Source: Octopus sinensis
Taxonomy: Eukaryota
Length of the DNA stretch: 64,000 bases
Assembly (NCBI RefSeq): GCF_006345805.1
Contig: NC_043003.1
Span: 112,344,001-112,408,000, forward strand
Direction of reading: 5' to 3'
Numbering within the stretch: the first letter of the stretch is position 1; the number at the start of each line of letters is the position of its first letter. The position numbers and the translations under genes are program-made. The notes under the pieces are model-generated. The model saw nothing but the letters and a program-made list of their open reading frames with translations. It ran no database searches and was not told the DNA's origin. Of this stretch, positions 1 to 12,034 are shown one piece after another.

Positions 1-79
1 CATTCCTACACAAACGCGCGCACACACGCACACACACATACACACATGTATATGTGTATATATACATGCATGTCTTAAA

Positions 80-124
<45 letters not shown>

Positions 125-200
125 CATACATACATACATACATACGTACATACATACATACATACATACATACATACATGCATACATGCATACATACATA
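1..200. repeat. Compound microsatellite (CA)n/(TA)n/(TAGA)n/(CATA)n
   Basis: Directly visible simple repeats. Confidence 0.95.
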
Positions 201-999
201 CGAAGGGGTACCCAAAGTACCCAGAAACATTCTCTGTGGGACAAGCCCATTGTGGTCCAGGATTCCGCCGCTAGAAGCCACTTGATGCAACCGTTAGACA
301 TTAGTCTGCCGACATGCGTTGTTGAGTGCAGTCATACAGTCACGTGGTGCGTCTTTGCTTTGTAGTGCTTCACCGCTGATCGTCGTGCTTCTGTGAAATT
401 CTCTTTTCTGTTGTGGAAAACGACGGCCGGAACAGTTGGCATGAATCAAAACAGCTTACTAGGCCACTGAAATGAGCAAAACACAAGGTTACGAATGCTT
501 TTCACGCTTTAGGAATGGTCCTTTGTCGCTTGAAGACCAACCGCGTTAAAGCGACCGCCAACCTCCCGAGCGAATGAAATTATCATGAAAATTAATGAAC
601 TGATCGTAGAGGACCGACAATTGAGGAAAATATTGATATGATTGGTGTTCTTGACCTCCTGCGAACAGGTTTTGTGTGAGGAATTGTAAAAGAGTTGCAG
701 CAAAATTTGTGCCTCGCTTGTTCACGGAAGATCAAAAGCAGTTACGACTGAATGCGTGTCGTGAACTGAAAGAACAGTTGGATGTTGATCAGGATCTTTT
801 TCCCAATGTCACCACTGGTGATGAAATTTGATGCTACGGAATTTGCGGATGTAGAAGTGAAGAAAAAAATCGACGCAGGCGTTAAAAAGTATCACATCGA
901 ACAGTGGAAAACGTATGGAGAATACATATTGTGGAGGCGATAAAAGTGTAAAGCTAAGTGAATGAAGTAACATTGCAAAATTCCGATTTCATTTGGGTA
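199..999 (+). mobile_element. Internally deleted mariner transposon remnant
   Basis: TA-CGAAGGGGTACCCAAA left end and partial right TIR TTCCGATTTCATTTGGGTA (981-999). Broken frames give mariner motifs KRVAAKFVPRLFTEDQKQLR and NVTTGDEI*CYG, then jump to a C-terminal piece. The 5' end is homologous to the copy at 28776. Confidence 0.8.
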
Positions 1000-1000
1000 A

Positions 1001-1051
1001 ACAGATAGACAGACAGATAGAACATGCAGACAAACAGAAAGACAGGCGGGT

Positions 1052-1093
<42 letters not shown>

Positions 1094-1127
1094 ACAGACA
1101 GACAGACAGATAGACAGATAGATAGAC

Positions 1128-1195
<68 letters not shown>
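1001..1195. repeat. (GACA)n/(GGCA)n/(TA)n/(TAGA)n microsatellite
   Basis: Directly visible. Confidence 0.95.
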
Positions 1196-1770
1196 GGAAG
1201 TAGTTAGATCCTCAAATGCATTCAGCCTGAAACTCTGTTGTCAGTTCAGAACAGTTACTGTACAATTATATTTCTCATTTTCTGCTGTTACTCTGATTTT
1301 CAAAAACACATCTTTTTATGCTCCGTAACCAATATTATGCCCTGCCGCACAAAACAAAAATAGATTTTCTTTTGGTTTGGTTTATTTTTAACTTAATTAC
1401 AGTTTTCGTATTTCTCATTCGTTAGTTCGTTAATCAAATATAAAGGAAAGAGATACGTTCCTATTTAACTCCTATAACAAATTCAATTCAACGGCTATAA
1501 CTTTTGACCTAAAATATATTTTTGCATTAATAAATAATGATTTTGTTAATTTTTATTCATTAATTATTTGAATACCGCTGATTGCTAGCATCTGCAATCA
1601 TATTCGCTAATTTAGATTTTATGTAATCATAGACGTCAGAGCCATTTTCCATACTTCGACAATTTTATTAGCGTTCAAGCTGAATATGGATAGAAATTAC
1701 AATTGATAGAAATGAAATATAATAACGTTCTATAATAGTTCGATTGTTTTTGCTAAAATTATTTAGTAAA

Positions 1771-2215
1771 GCGGTGAGCTGCCAGTATATTAACGATTCA
1801 GGCAAAATGCTTTCCGGTATTTCTTGCGGCTGTACGTTCTCAATTCAAATTCCACTGAGGATGTATTTCATTCTTTGGTGTCGGTATAAGTTATAGTTCA
1901 GTACTTGAGCCCACGTAATCGGCTAGCTTCTTCCCCAAAATTTCAGGAATTTTGCCTATAGTAGAAGGAATTATTTAATAGTTCGGCATGCTGAGAGTAC
2001 CGTAAATATTATTTTCTTCTCTGGGCGCAAGGCCCGATATTTTGGGGGAGGAGACAAGTTGATAAAATCGACTTCAGTATGTAACTGGTATATCGACACC
2101 GAAAGGATGAAAGGCAAAGTCGACCTCGGCGGAATTTGAGCTCAGAACTAACGGCAGACGAAATACGGCTACGCATTACGCCCGGCTTGCTAACGTTTCT
2201 GCTAACGTTCCACGC
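1771..2215. mobile_element. Two degenerate family-A tRNA-SINE copies (about 1771-1940 plus; about 2010-2215 minus)
   Basis: Similar to the intact copy at 14940: GCGGTGAGCTG head, TTCAAATTCC B-box, and GAAAGGATGAAAGGCAAAGTCGACCTCGGCGGAATTTGAG on the reverse copy. Confidence 0.75.
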
Positions 2216-2687
2216 TTTCTCAGAGTACCGTTAATATATCAGACAAAATGTTTAACGGCATTTCTTCCGTCTCTTTACGTTCTGATTTAAAATACCGTCG
2301 AAATTATCCCTGTCATTCGTCCTTTCGAGAATGCGTACTGGTGTCGATGTAATCTACTTACCCTTCCTCTTGAAATTATTGGACTTGTGTCAGGTTTTAA
2401 AACAAATAAATTATAAGATTTAGTTTGCTCCATGTGCAAATACACAGTTCGAATTATTGTCGGTAACCAAATTAGTTTCCATAGAAATTTTGTAAAAACA
2501 AAATAACAGACCGAATTGGATAAATCCCGTCTTCCATACTCAGTTCCAATACCACACAGATAGACTTTTAGTGATCCTGTATAACGGTGCACTTGTTTCT
2601 ATGCTCAAATTTATGAAAGTTATATCTATCATCCATTTGCGGCAACTGCATTGCAACTTATACCTCATGACACACACACATACGCAC

Positions 2688-2751
<64 letters not shown>

Positions 2752-2752
2752 T

Positions 2753-3030
2753 GGCACTCCATCGATTAAGACGACGAGGGTTCCAGTTAATCCGATTAAC
2801 TGAATAGCCTGCTCGTGAAATTGACGTGCAAGTGACTGAGCAAGAGAAACAGGAAAAAGAGTGAGAGAAAGTTGTTGTGAAAGAGTACAGCAGGGTTCGC
2901 CACCATCACCTACTGCCGGAGCCTCGTGGAGCTTTAGATGTTTTCGCTAAATAAACACTCACAACGCCGGGTCTGGGAATCAAAACCACGATCCTGCGAC
3001 CGCGAGTTCGCTGCCCTAACCACTGGGCCA
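2753..3030 (-). mobile_element. Family-B tRNA-SINE, internally deleted, truncating the Tc1 remnant
   Basis: Reverse complement of the head and tail of the full copy at 60085-60464, with the middle missing. Confidence 0.85.
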
Positions 3031-3032
3031 AA

Positions 3033-3800
3033 ATACTTACGGTGGACTCTTACGCGAATTGTTAGAAAGGATCACAAAATTACAGCTCCCAAAATTACTG
3101 CAGTGCTTACTGACTACCTCGAAAACCCAGTTTCCACGAAAACTGTTCGCCGGAGGCTGCATAAAGCCGGATTTGACGCGAGGGTTTCAATCAGAAAACC
3201 GCTACTTTTAAAAACAAACGTTACATAACATTTAGAGTGCGGTAAAAACCTACAGAATTGGTCCATAAAGCAGTGGAAGTATGTTATTTTCTCGGACGAT
3301 ACATCGATTACCTTATTTCCGACAACCGGGCGAGTATACGTGTGGAGACAGCCAGACTGCCTTCTTCCAACTGTTAAACATGAAGGTGGGCGTCTGTGAT
3401 GACCTGGGGTGGGGCTATATCTTTGAAATCCGCAGGCCCAATGGTTTCCCTTCATGGCAGAATTAATAGTCAAGATTATTTAAGCATTTTATCGTATCAA
3501 ATTTATCCTATAGTTGCGGAACTATTTCCGGAGGGAAACGCAATCATTCAGGGTGATAATGCATTAATTCACAGAGTTAAAGTTGTTACTGAATGGTACG
3601 AAGAACATTCTAGTGAAGTTCAACATCTTATCTGGCCACCACAGTCCCCAGGTCTCAATAGTTTTGAACATTTATGGTTCATTTTATAAAAGCAAATAAG
3701 GAGTCGATATACTCCACCATCATCACTACAAGAACTGGAAACTGGTTTAGCTGAAGAATGGGCAAAACTTCTTTTGGAAACAATTCAAACTTTGTACGGG
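3033..3800 (+). pseudogene. Tc1-type transposase pseudogene with DD36E spacing
   Basis: Frames join to ...VSTKTVRRRLHKAGF..RKPLL / WKYVIFSDDT..RVYVWRQP / IIQGDNALIH...WPPQSPGLNSFEHLW. Contains stops and frameshifts. I count 36 residues between the second D and the E. Confidence 0.9.
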
Positions 3801-4090
3801 CCCATGGTGGCCACGGTGAAAGCGGTTGTATGGTAGACAACAATAAAGCGGTTGAAGACAAAGGTTTTTCTCTTTGATCGACTTCTTCAAGTTTCACTTG
3901 AAAAGAAAAATAAGTGTACGGAGGAAAGTGTTTACCTTCTAGCCAGTTTAGTAAGAGGTGTGTGAAAGTGGCGAGAATGGTGCGAGGGAATGGGCCTACC
4001 TTGAGCATATGCTGGTAGTCGGAGAAAAGGAAAGAAAAGGAGGCACCTGCCTCAAAATTCAATGTACCCATTCTTTTTACGGGGTTTTTC
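3800..4090 (-). mobile_element. Degenerate non-LTR RT fragment, L1/Tx1-like
   Basis: ORF 3679..4071 peptide (TLNFEA..DYQHMLKV..PLSSTALLLSTIQPL) loosely matches the LDFEKAFD / QGxPLSxxLFxLxIEP region of L1-clade RTs. Confidence 0.4.
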
Positions 4091-4328
4091 CATGAGCAAC
4101 CCTCGAACGTCTCTTCTCTATTAAGGATTACGTACTGGTTTCCTTTTTATCATAATGTTAATCTTGTTTTCACGCAAAACACTCACAGCACACACAAACA
4201 TTTTTTTTTGTCTTGAACTGTCCCTAATTCTGTTCTTAATGCAAGCCCTTTGTGGTTAATAAAGAAACCATTATTTTTATGAACATCATCATTATTATTA
4301 TTATGATTATTATTATTATTATTATTAT

Positions 4329-4850
4329 TGAGTGAGAGAGCAGTGAATGCCATTAAAGTGACACTGGGTTAAAATTTACAAAGCCCAGTATACCCAACAT
4401 TACTACCCGTCTGATACGTTTACACTAAGCACATGCACCACAATCATATGTGCGCGACATGGTGACCTCATATCAAGATAAACAGCGCATGACCTTGCAG
4501 GTGGGGCCCAGTTAGGATTTTCGTCAGATCGAATAGGCCATCCCGCTCAAAAAGTCCCCGAATAATGATTTTTCAGTATGTTGAACGAAACACCCATGTT
4601 TCCAAAGGTGAATTATCCAAACATCTAAGAATTCCTTTCAACAAACGGCTACGACACTCCCCCACTACTTCTGTTTGTGATCAGAAATGCACATATCGTT
4701 AGTCACTAAGTGTCGTGCTCAGCTGGTTACGGTCAAGCAACTGACAAGCAAATGTTTTTTATTGGGAGGAATAATTGCTGTAACCGATCTTTTATACTAA
4801 GAAGAAACAACGTACATGATAACACTTCCAATCAGTTAAGATCAGAAGCC
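4329..4850 (-). mobile_element. Interspersed repeat in (ATT)n, probably the 3' UTR of an (AAT)n-tailed non-LTR element
   Basis: Complex 520-bp segment bounded by (ATT)n on both sides (about 4285-4328 and 4851-5050). On the minus strand it runs directly into (AAT)n, like the Dong-like ends elsewhere in the window. Confidence 0.5.
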
Positions 4851-4851
4851 A

Positions 4852-4897
<46 letters not shown>

Positions 4898-4903
4898 ATT
4901 ATT

Positions 4904-4934
<31 letters not shown>

Positions 4935-6964
4935 TTATCATTATTATTATTATTATTGTTATCGTATTATCATTATTATTTTTATTATTATTATCAGTAA
5001 TATTATCATTATTGATATTATTATTATTGTCATTAATATTATTATTATTATCTTCGCTAATTTCGTCGTTATTGTCGTGGTAATAGTCAAATTCAATTGT
5101 CCCAAACACAAACATATGCACTTTGTCTTCAGAAATTTGTAAATGGATGTTGGTAATAATGTTCGTTGTTTAAGTATGCTTAGTTACGCTTGTACTTAAT
5201 CATAACGTGACATACTGCCGTATGTAACGTGATGTATGAAGTATGGCACGGAAGCGTAACAACATTTGATATTTCAAAACAAATTTGCTTTGCTTTGTAC
5301 CGACATCCACTCTAGGAAAAAAGGTCATACGCTTTTACATGCTCTGTCGGTTTGAAGAAAATTAATGAACAATGATTTTATTTCAAATATTGATGAACTG
5401 AAAACAGAAGAAAACTGAGTAAATGTATGAGAGAAAATATAAACCAGACGTTTTTAAATGTCACTTCACATCATTCATAGTGTTTGCTTTGCAGTTCTCA
5501 TTTTAGGTCAGATGAAATTAATTGCACAAATCCTGAACTGATTGGTCATTATGGGAAAGGAGACAAGTAAACTTTATGTAAATGACGTTTTTGTCTAAAC
5601 TCTGGTTGATTTACTTGGTAGGATGTTGGATTGACGGTCAAAGAGCAAAAGGTTTATACTTCATTGTCGATGATACACTAAGATCATGATCAGATACTTG
5701 CCTCCAGATGGCTTAAGCAATTAGTATAAGCATCGTTAGTGAAATACTACAAACGATTTTTTCTAGCATTTAGTACGGAGTTCAATACGCTTAATGGCTC
5801 AGCAATTGTGCTGGGATCCGTCCACACGATTTGTTTTATGGCATTTTTTGCATTCTCCTAAACAACAGAATGCGAGCGAAAAAGATTTTGAATTACCATT
5901 ACATGACTGAAAATAAAGTGTGAGCTATTTACATAATTTCCCTGTTACTTATTTTTTTAATTTACTTGTGTCTGTGATAAGTATTTTAGCCGATGTAGCT
6001 GATATTGACAAAAAAGGATTGAAGCCCTTTCATTTAAAACTCTTGACCATTAGTCAATGTGATCAAATACCTGGATTTTCGGTTGAATGGTGTTGGAATG
6101 GTAGATGAAGAGGCTATATTAATGAACAAGAAGAAGTTATAAATTGTCTAACTTAAGAACATTTCAAATGAATTCTCCAACCTGTTCTTAATTGTGCATC
6201 AGCCATCGTTATTTCGTTCTACGTCCACTGGCTGATGGTGTTTAGCTTTAAGCCTTTCCTGATCGAGTAGTCCCATAGATGAAGACATTCCCACGATGAC
6301 CATACCGGCTATGTTGAGACAAAATTATGCTATTCAACCTGAGTTTTTTTCAGACGGTAGAGTGAAATTTGCTGCTAATTGAGGTTGGGATAGTGTTGAT
6401 ATAGAGGCTCACAAATCGATTCATTTTCTGCATGCTAAACACCTAATGTCTATCTCGAGTTTATCGAGATGTTTTTCAATTATCTTCAGGAAAATCTTCG
6501 GTTTTGTTTTTGGTATTTCCCTGCCTTGGGTTCAGCGCATTTAAAGTAGGCTGTATAAAGACATGAAAAGATGTATTGAAGCTAAATGGTCATATTAGGA
6601 AAATTAATTGACTGAAACATTGAAGGCGAATATTATTGTTTCCTAAATGTGTACACAGTGATATTGCGGGGATTTGGCGTAGACATTTCATTTTAAATAT
6701 TCTTAATAAATCATAAACTCACTGGAAAAAAGAGTACTCTTTTCACAAACTGAGACTCTAATCCGATTTCAATTTATTTACACTTTTAACATCTTTGGCA
6801 AAAGCGAGATGTATTTACTTATACGAATTTGAAACTTATTATCATTATTTATTGAGCTTGTCGAACGCTACTGATTGGAGGACACTTTAAGGGAGTCAAA
6901 TACAATTCTGTCTCATGGCTGGATGTTTTACCCTCTTCCGATTGCCTTTGAAAATTCACCAACG

Positions 6965-7333
6965 AGTATATTTCTTTCTACTCTAGGCACAACACCCGGA
7001 ATTTTGGGGGAGGGGACCGGTCGATTAGATTGACCCTAGTACGCAACTAGTATTTAATTTATCGACCCCGAAAGGATGAAAGGCAAAGTCAAACTCAGAA
7101 CATAAAGACAGACAAAATACCTATTTCTTTACTACCCACAAGGGGCTAAACACAGAGAGGACATACAAGGACAGACAAACGGATTAAGTCGATTAACTGG
7201 TACTTATTTAATCCACCCAGAAAGGATGAAAGGCAAAGTCGACCTCGGCGGAATTTTAACTCAGAACGGAGCAGCTGACGAAATACAGCTACGGATTTTG
7301 CCCGGCGTGCTAACGGTTCTACCAGCTCACCGT
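6965..7333 (-). mobile_element. Dimeric family-A tRNA-SINE: head, body, tail-1, then body, tail-2
   Basis: The GAAAGGATGAAAGGCAAAGTC block occurs twice. On the minus strand the junction reads GTAGTAAAGAAATA|GGTATTTTGTCTG at 7122/7121. Confidence 0.85.
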
Positions 7334-7799
7334 CTTACCAATTCTTATATTCGACATAACATATACTCGCAGGTATATCTCGATCAGCCGACTGAAATCC
7401 GTATGCTTATTAGATACAGCATATAGTTCCGGGAGTGGCATTTTAAGAACATCTGTTAATCATAGATCATAGAAACACATAACTGTCATATGTAAAGATC
7501 GGGGATTTCACTAGATTGCATTGGCAATGATTGAAATTCTTTCAGCGAAATATTTAATCTTAACGTACTAATTAATATAGCTGCAAGCGATGATGTAAAC
7601 AGCGTGTAAACTAAAAAGGACTCAAAGACTGAAACCAAAGTATTACAAACACTACTACTGACTGATCTGTTTGAATTACCAATGTATTATTCATGACTTA
7701 TAATACTGAGATTGATTTCGCGAAAATGGTTTCTGGGGATATTCGAATATTCGGCTTTGCATTCACAAACACACGTAAGGCCAGCAGATTTGGTTGTGA

Positions 7800-9220
7800 G
7801 GCACTAAAGCGACTACATCAACCCCAATTCGGCACTGGTACTTATGTCATCGACCCCGAAAAGATGAAGAGCAAAACCGATTTCGGCAGAATGTGAACCC
7901 GGAGCGTAAAGACATGTTTACGATTCTAGCAGCACTCATCTTTATAGCATCCAGAAATATTAGCCAACCAAATCTATTCATATCATACGCCATTATTGTC
8001 TTAGATATATCATCATATTCTCTAACCGTTCCACTCGGAAATTTATAAGAATGTAGAGAGAGAGCGTATTAAATCTGCATAATGAATTAGGAATATATTT
8101 TACAAAAGTTTATTTGGTGTTGTTTTCCAACCATTTCCTGTCCATATATATATGGAGTAAAATAATTAATTGAATTAGATTATGTACTGGCTAAACTACA
8201 ACAGAATCAGCGACAGCCCGTTGATATTTCCTCGCCTGGTATTGCCTGTCCCATTCTGAATGTGTTGCAGAAATTTGCGCTGAAAGCATATTTTGGGGGT
8301 CGCTGTAAGCTGGTTAACGACCGCTATAAATTAATTCATGCCGTTGGCATTTTTCCTTCTAGCATTTTCTTGAAGTGGGAGAATTTGAAATTCTCCGACA
8401 TAAGAAAATACCTGATGGCAAAGATACGTAGCTATGCATATGTGTGTGTGAGTGTGAATGTATATGTATATGTGTCTATGCATGCACAAATGAATTAGAA
8501 GCAACGGGTGATGCAGGCCTCAACGCCTCAGATCCCAGCCGTTACAAGGATTTCGGGGTGAGGCGCACTGGTATGTCAAAATTTGATCGTTTTTATGCAA
8601 TTATCACTTTTGTTATTATTATTATTGTTTAGGTTGAAACAGCAGCAATCTTCAAGCAATAAGTCTATTTACATATTGAGACATTTTCGATCTCATCAAC
8701 AGAATATATTTATAGTAGTCGACTGTGCCTTTCATCCTTTCGGGGGCGATAAAGTAAGTAGCAGTTTACACACCGGGGTCAATATATTCGACTTAATCCC
8801 TTTGTCTGTCATTGTTTATCCCCTCTATGTTTAGCCCTCTGTGGGCAATAAAGAAATCAATTTTAAAAATGATGAGATTTCCTATGTTTTCTAGTAGTTC
8901 CCAATTTGTCTAACCAAAACTTCCACAAGTGACTGGATTAGTAACGCCGAATTTAAAATTATAAAACGAAAAATACTAAGAGTTCTTTATATATTTTAAG
9001 TGTTATATAGCGGTGGGTTGGAAGAACCTTTAGCATGGTGGACATGCTAGTAATATTTCGTCTATGTTTACGTTTTGAGCTCAAATTTCGACGTAGTTGA
9101 ATTTGGCTTTCATCCTTTCAGGGTCGATAAAATATGTGCAGTTAAAGTTCAAGGGCGTATGTAATCGACTTACCCACCATCTCAAAAATTGCTAGACCGG
9201 TGCCCAAATTTGGAACCATT
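7800..9220. mobile_element. Three family-A SINE fragments (about 7800-7940 minus; 8720-8856 plus; 9010-9220 plus)
   Basis: Shared CTTTCATCCTTTCGGGG/GTCGATAAA motif or its reverse complement. Confidence 0.7.
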
Positions 9221-10050
9221 GTATATTCTAAGCGTAAGGCGGACAAAATGATGGTGAAATGGTCACTCGGATACCGTCCTCAAACTAATATATATTATGT
9301 AGTGTGTGATCGAAGCTGAAAAGTTTCACAAGGCGTTATTCTGGCTTCAACGCATCTCTGTTATAGGTTCCCCCGTTTTCTTAATTCTCCTTGGAATGTG
9401 ATCCTCCCATCTGGCACTATTTACGTAGGAAGACGTTGAGCATTGTTGATATTACAGTTCTTGCTTTGATTTTGTTTCTCTTTTAAAGTTGATTATTCTC
9501 CTGGTTAGATTTGTTTGTTTTTCAAATGTTGCTGCATCAGTTGTAATGCCATAGTTGTTCTCTTTCACGACAAATACAGACGACAGAACACTAATTATCG
9601 TTTTGTGGGGTGAAAAGTAAAATACAGAGCACCAGCATTTATTTAATTAATAGTTAAATTCTAAAACAATAATGGTTCAATGTTTTCGTGGTTATTTTGG
9701 TTTTGTTGTTATTGCTGTTGTTGTTTCGTGTATAGTTGTTACAATTGCTGCACTTGATGATATAGCTGCCGCAGTTTTTCTTCTTTCGCAAAGCTAAATT
9801 CAATTATAAACGAGCTATAGCCATGTTAAAATCGAATAATCTAAATATGCTTCAGGGTGAAATAAAAATGCCCGTCTGCAATCGAAAGTGAATCTCTACT
9901 TTATTTCAAACTTGACGGATACTCTGCATTTAACCAAAACACGTGCGCGCATTATGCGTGTGTAACTGTGGATAGTAGCAATAGTTAGCTTCGTCAACGC
10001 CTGTCTTTCTCTTACGTTACCAAATTAAGTGCAGTTGATAGAAGCGTGGA

Positions 10051-10250
10051 CTAAAATTGTAATACAATTCTATATTTAAGAGATGAGGAATTATGTACAT
10101 TATTTATATTATTTACAGTTAATGGATATTTGTCCTCATCTTGTTTGTTGTTAACACAAAGTTTCGGGTGATATACTCTCCGGCCTTCATTAGGTGTCTT
10201 GGGGAGATTTCGAACCTGGGTTATCATTCCTAAGGTATTTTTCGATGTTG
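10051..10250 (-). mobile_element. Short Penelope-pLTR-like repeat with decayed hammerhead
   Basis: Reverse-complement homolog of 12035-12190. The core reads ACAC-CTAATGA-A-GGCCG..CACCC-GAAA-CTTT-GTGT, with core substitutions and a broken stem II. Confidence 0.75.
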
Positions 10251-10262
10251 TTGTTGTTGTTA

Positions 10263-10305
<43 letters not shown>

Positions 10306-10309
10306 CATT

Positions 10310-10396
10310 ATTCAGGTCACAGCCTAGAATCGAACTTGGAATCTTGGGGTTAGTATCCCACGCTCTTTGCAACTACGCCATATGCCCATGGGCATA
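10310..10396 (-). mobile_element. tRNA-headed mini-SINE (about 85 bp) with (AAT)n tail
   Basis: Minus strand: TGGCGTAGTTG (A-box-like), AGTTCGATTCT (B-box-like), then GTGACCTG-AATAAT. It starts in the 16-bp palindrome TATGCCCATGGGCATA (10381-10396). Confidence 0.6.
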
Positions 10397-10457
10397 CACA
10401 AGACACACAGAGTTGCGCTCGGTACTGAAGTGAAAGCACGTTATATAAATACAACTA

Positions 10458-10460
<3 letters not shown>
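10397..10460 (+). mobile_element. Extreme 3' end of an R4/Dong-like element (second subfamily)
   Basis: CACACAGAGTTGCGCTCGGTACTGAAGTGAAAGCACG..ACTACTG-(AAT)n. Homologous to 48361-48456 and 48600-48770; the latter retains a C-terminal peptide similar to the end of the 10581 element. Confidence 0.6.
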
Positions 10461-10504
<44 letters not shown>

Positions 10505-10526
10505 AATAATAATAATAATAATAATA

Positions 10527-10576
<50 letters not shown>

Positions 10577-10580
10577 TAAT

Positions 10581-11963
10581 ACTGGTCAATTACTGAAATA
10601 TGTCAGCTCGACAGAAAAATAAGGAAACTGTTGACAATGCATAGAATGCAGCACCCTAAGGCAGATACAGAACGACTCTATCTGCCAAGAAAAGAGGGAG
10701 GCCGTGGTCTTTTGCAACTGGCAATAACAATGAAGATTGCTACAATTGGCCTAGACACCTACCTGAAAAACTCTGAGGACTGGATGTTAAAACTTGTCTC
10801 AAAACATGAAAACAAGAAAGCATCATACTCAGTAACAAAACAGGCAAAGGAATATCTAAGTGAATTCCGAATACAACCAATTTCGGAATTAGAGATAGAC
10901 ATACAAGAAACAAGCACAGAAAAAGCTAGGCGCATGAAAACCCGTGCCAAAACTGCGGCCTTAGATATTCTGAATAATAAATGGCAAGAAAAACCTCTCT
11001 ACGGCAAATACCCAAAGAGAGCGAATAATGCAGATATCGACAAAGCCCTGACCCATCAATGGCTAATGGCCTCTGGCTTAAAATCTGAAACAGAGGGGTT
11101 TATCATAGCAGCTCAAGATCAATGCCTACCAACAAGAAACTACCAGGCCAACATATTAAAGATCAGAAGCAGTCCAACGTGTCGTGTATGCAAGCAACAA
11201 AATGAAACCATTGACCATGTGGTCTCCAAGTGCAGTCTTCTAGCGCCTACAGAGTATCTCAACAGGAACGATAGAGCTGCACAACATATTCACTGGGTAA
11301 TCTGTAAAAACCTGGATTTGCCCCATGAAAAAAACTGGTGGGAACACAAACCACCCCCAGTGCTTGAAAATGACCACATCTCACTCCTCTGGAACTTCAC
11401 CATTCAAACTGACAGGAAGATAGATGCAAATAGGCCAGACATCATATTGAAAGACTTCAAACAAAGAACATGCCTCCTCATTGATATGACTGTCCCAATC
11501 GATATAAACGTATCTGTCAGGACCTACCAAAAACTGAGCAAATATAAAGATCTTGAAATAGAAATCAGCAAAATGTGGAAGCTGAAGACTAAAACAATAC
11601 CTGTTGTCATAGGTGCCCTGGGAATGATAGCAAAAGGGGCTGATAGCTACCTAACTTAGATACCAGGAAACCCAAAAATGGCAGAAGTTCAAAAGATAGT
11701 GCTCATGGGAACTGCTCATATCCTACGCAAAATACTCTCTATGTAACCTCAAGGTTTAAAACAACCATAATTTTCGGTTTAAAAAAAAAAAAAAAAAAAA
11801 CTTTTTTTTTTTTTAGACACTCATTAGTACAACATCCCCACCCCCCAAATATATGGCACACTAGGCATAACAACAACATGAACTTCCAACCCTGTTGTCT
11901 CTTGAGGTCTCTGGGTGAGACTTGGAGCCAACTTGTACAAATATAAAGCAAAAGTCAAACATA

Positions 11964-11964
<1 letters not shown>
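10581..11964 (+). mobile_element. 5'-truncated R4/Dong-like non-LTR retrotransposon with restriction-like endonuclease
   Basis: ORF 10631..11659 has HPKADTERLYLPRKEGGRGL, ETEGFIIAAQDQ, a CCHC knuckle (CRVCKQQNETIDHVVSKC) and an RLE motif (RPDII...LIDMTVP..KLSKYKDL). The TAG at 11657-11659 is premature: the frame continues IPGNPKMAEVQKIVLMGTAHILRKILSM to TAA at 11744-11746. Flanked by (AAT)n on both sides. Confidence 0.9.
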
Positions 11965-12025
<61 letters not shown>

Positions 12026-12034
12026 CGGACAATA

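Noticed and set aside
4710-5121. Poly-L, poly-I, poly-N and poly-Y ORFs here and near 10.2-10.6, 11.9-12.1 and 48.4-48.8 kb
   Set aside because: Translations of (AAT)n/(ATT)n repeats.
5507-5566. Possible 60-nt exon (tttag|G SDEINCTNPELIGHYGKGD|gtaaac), with SDExNC recalling an LDLa repeat end
   Set aside because: Single short open frame with no partner exons; such matches are expected by chance in 64 kb. RNA-seq would be needed.
10631-11659. Domesticated or active RLE gene
   Set aside because: 5'-truncated with no RT core, a premature stop 28 codons before the natural end, and LINE-type flanks.
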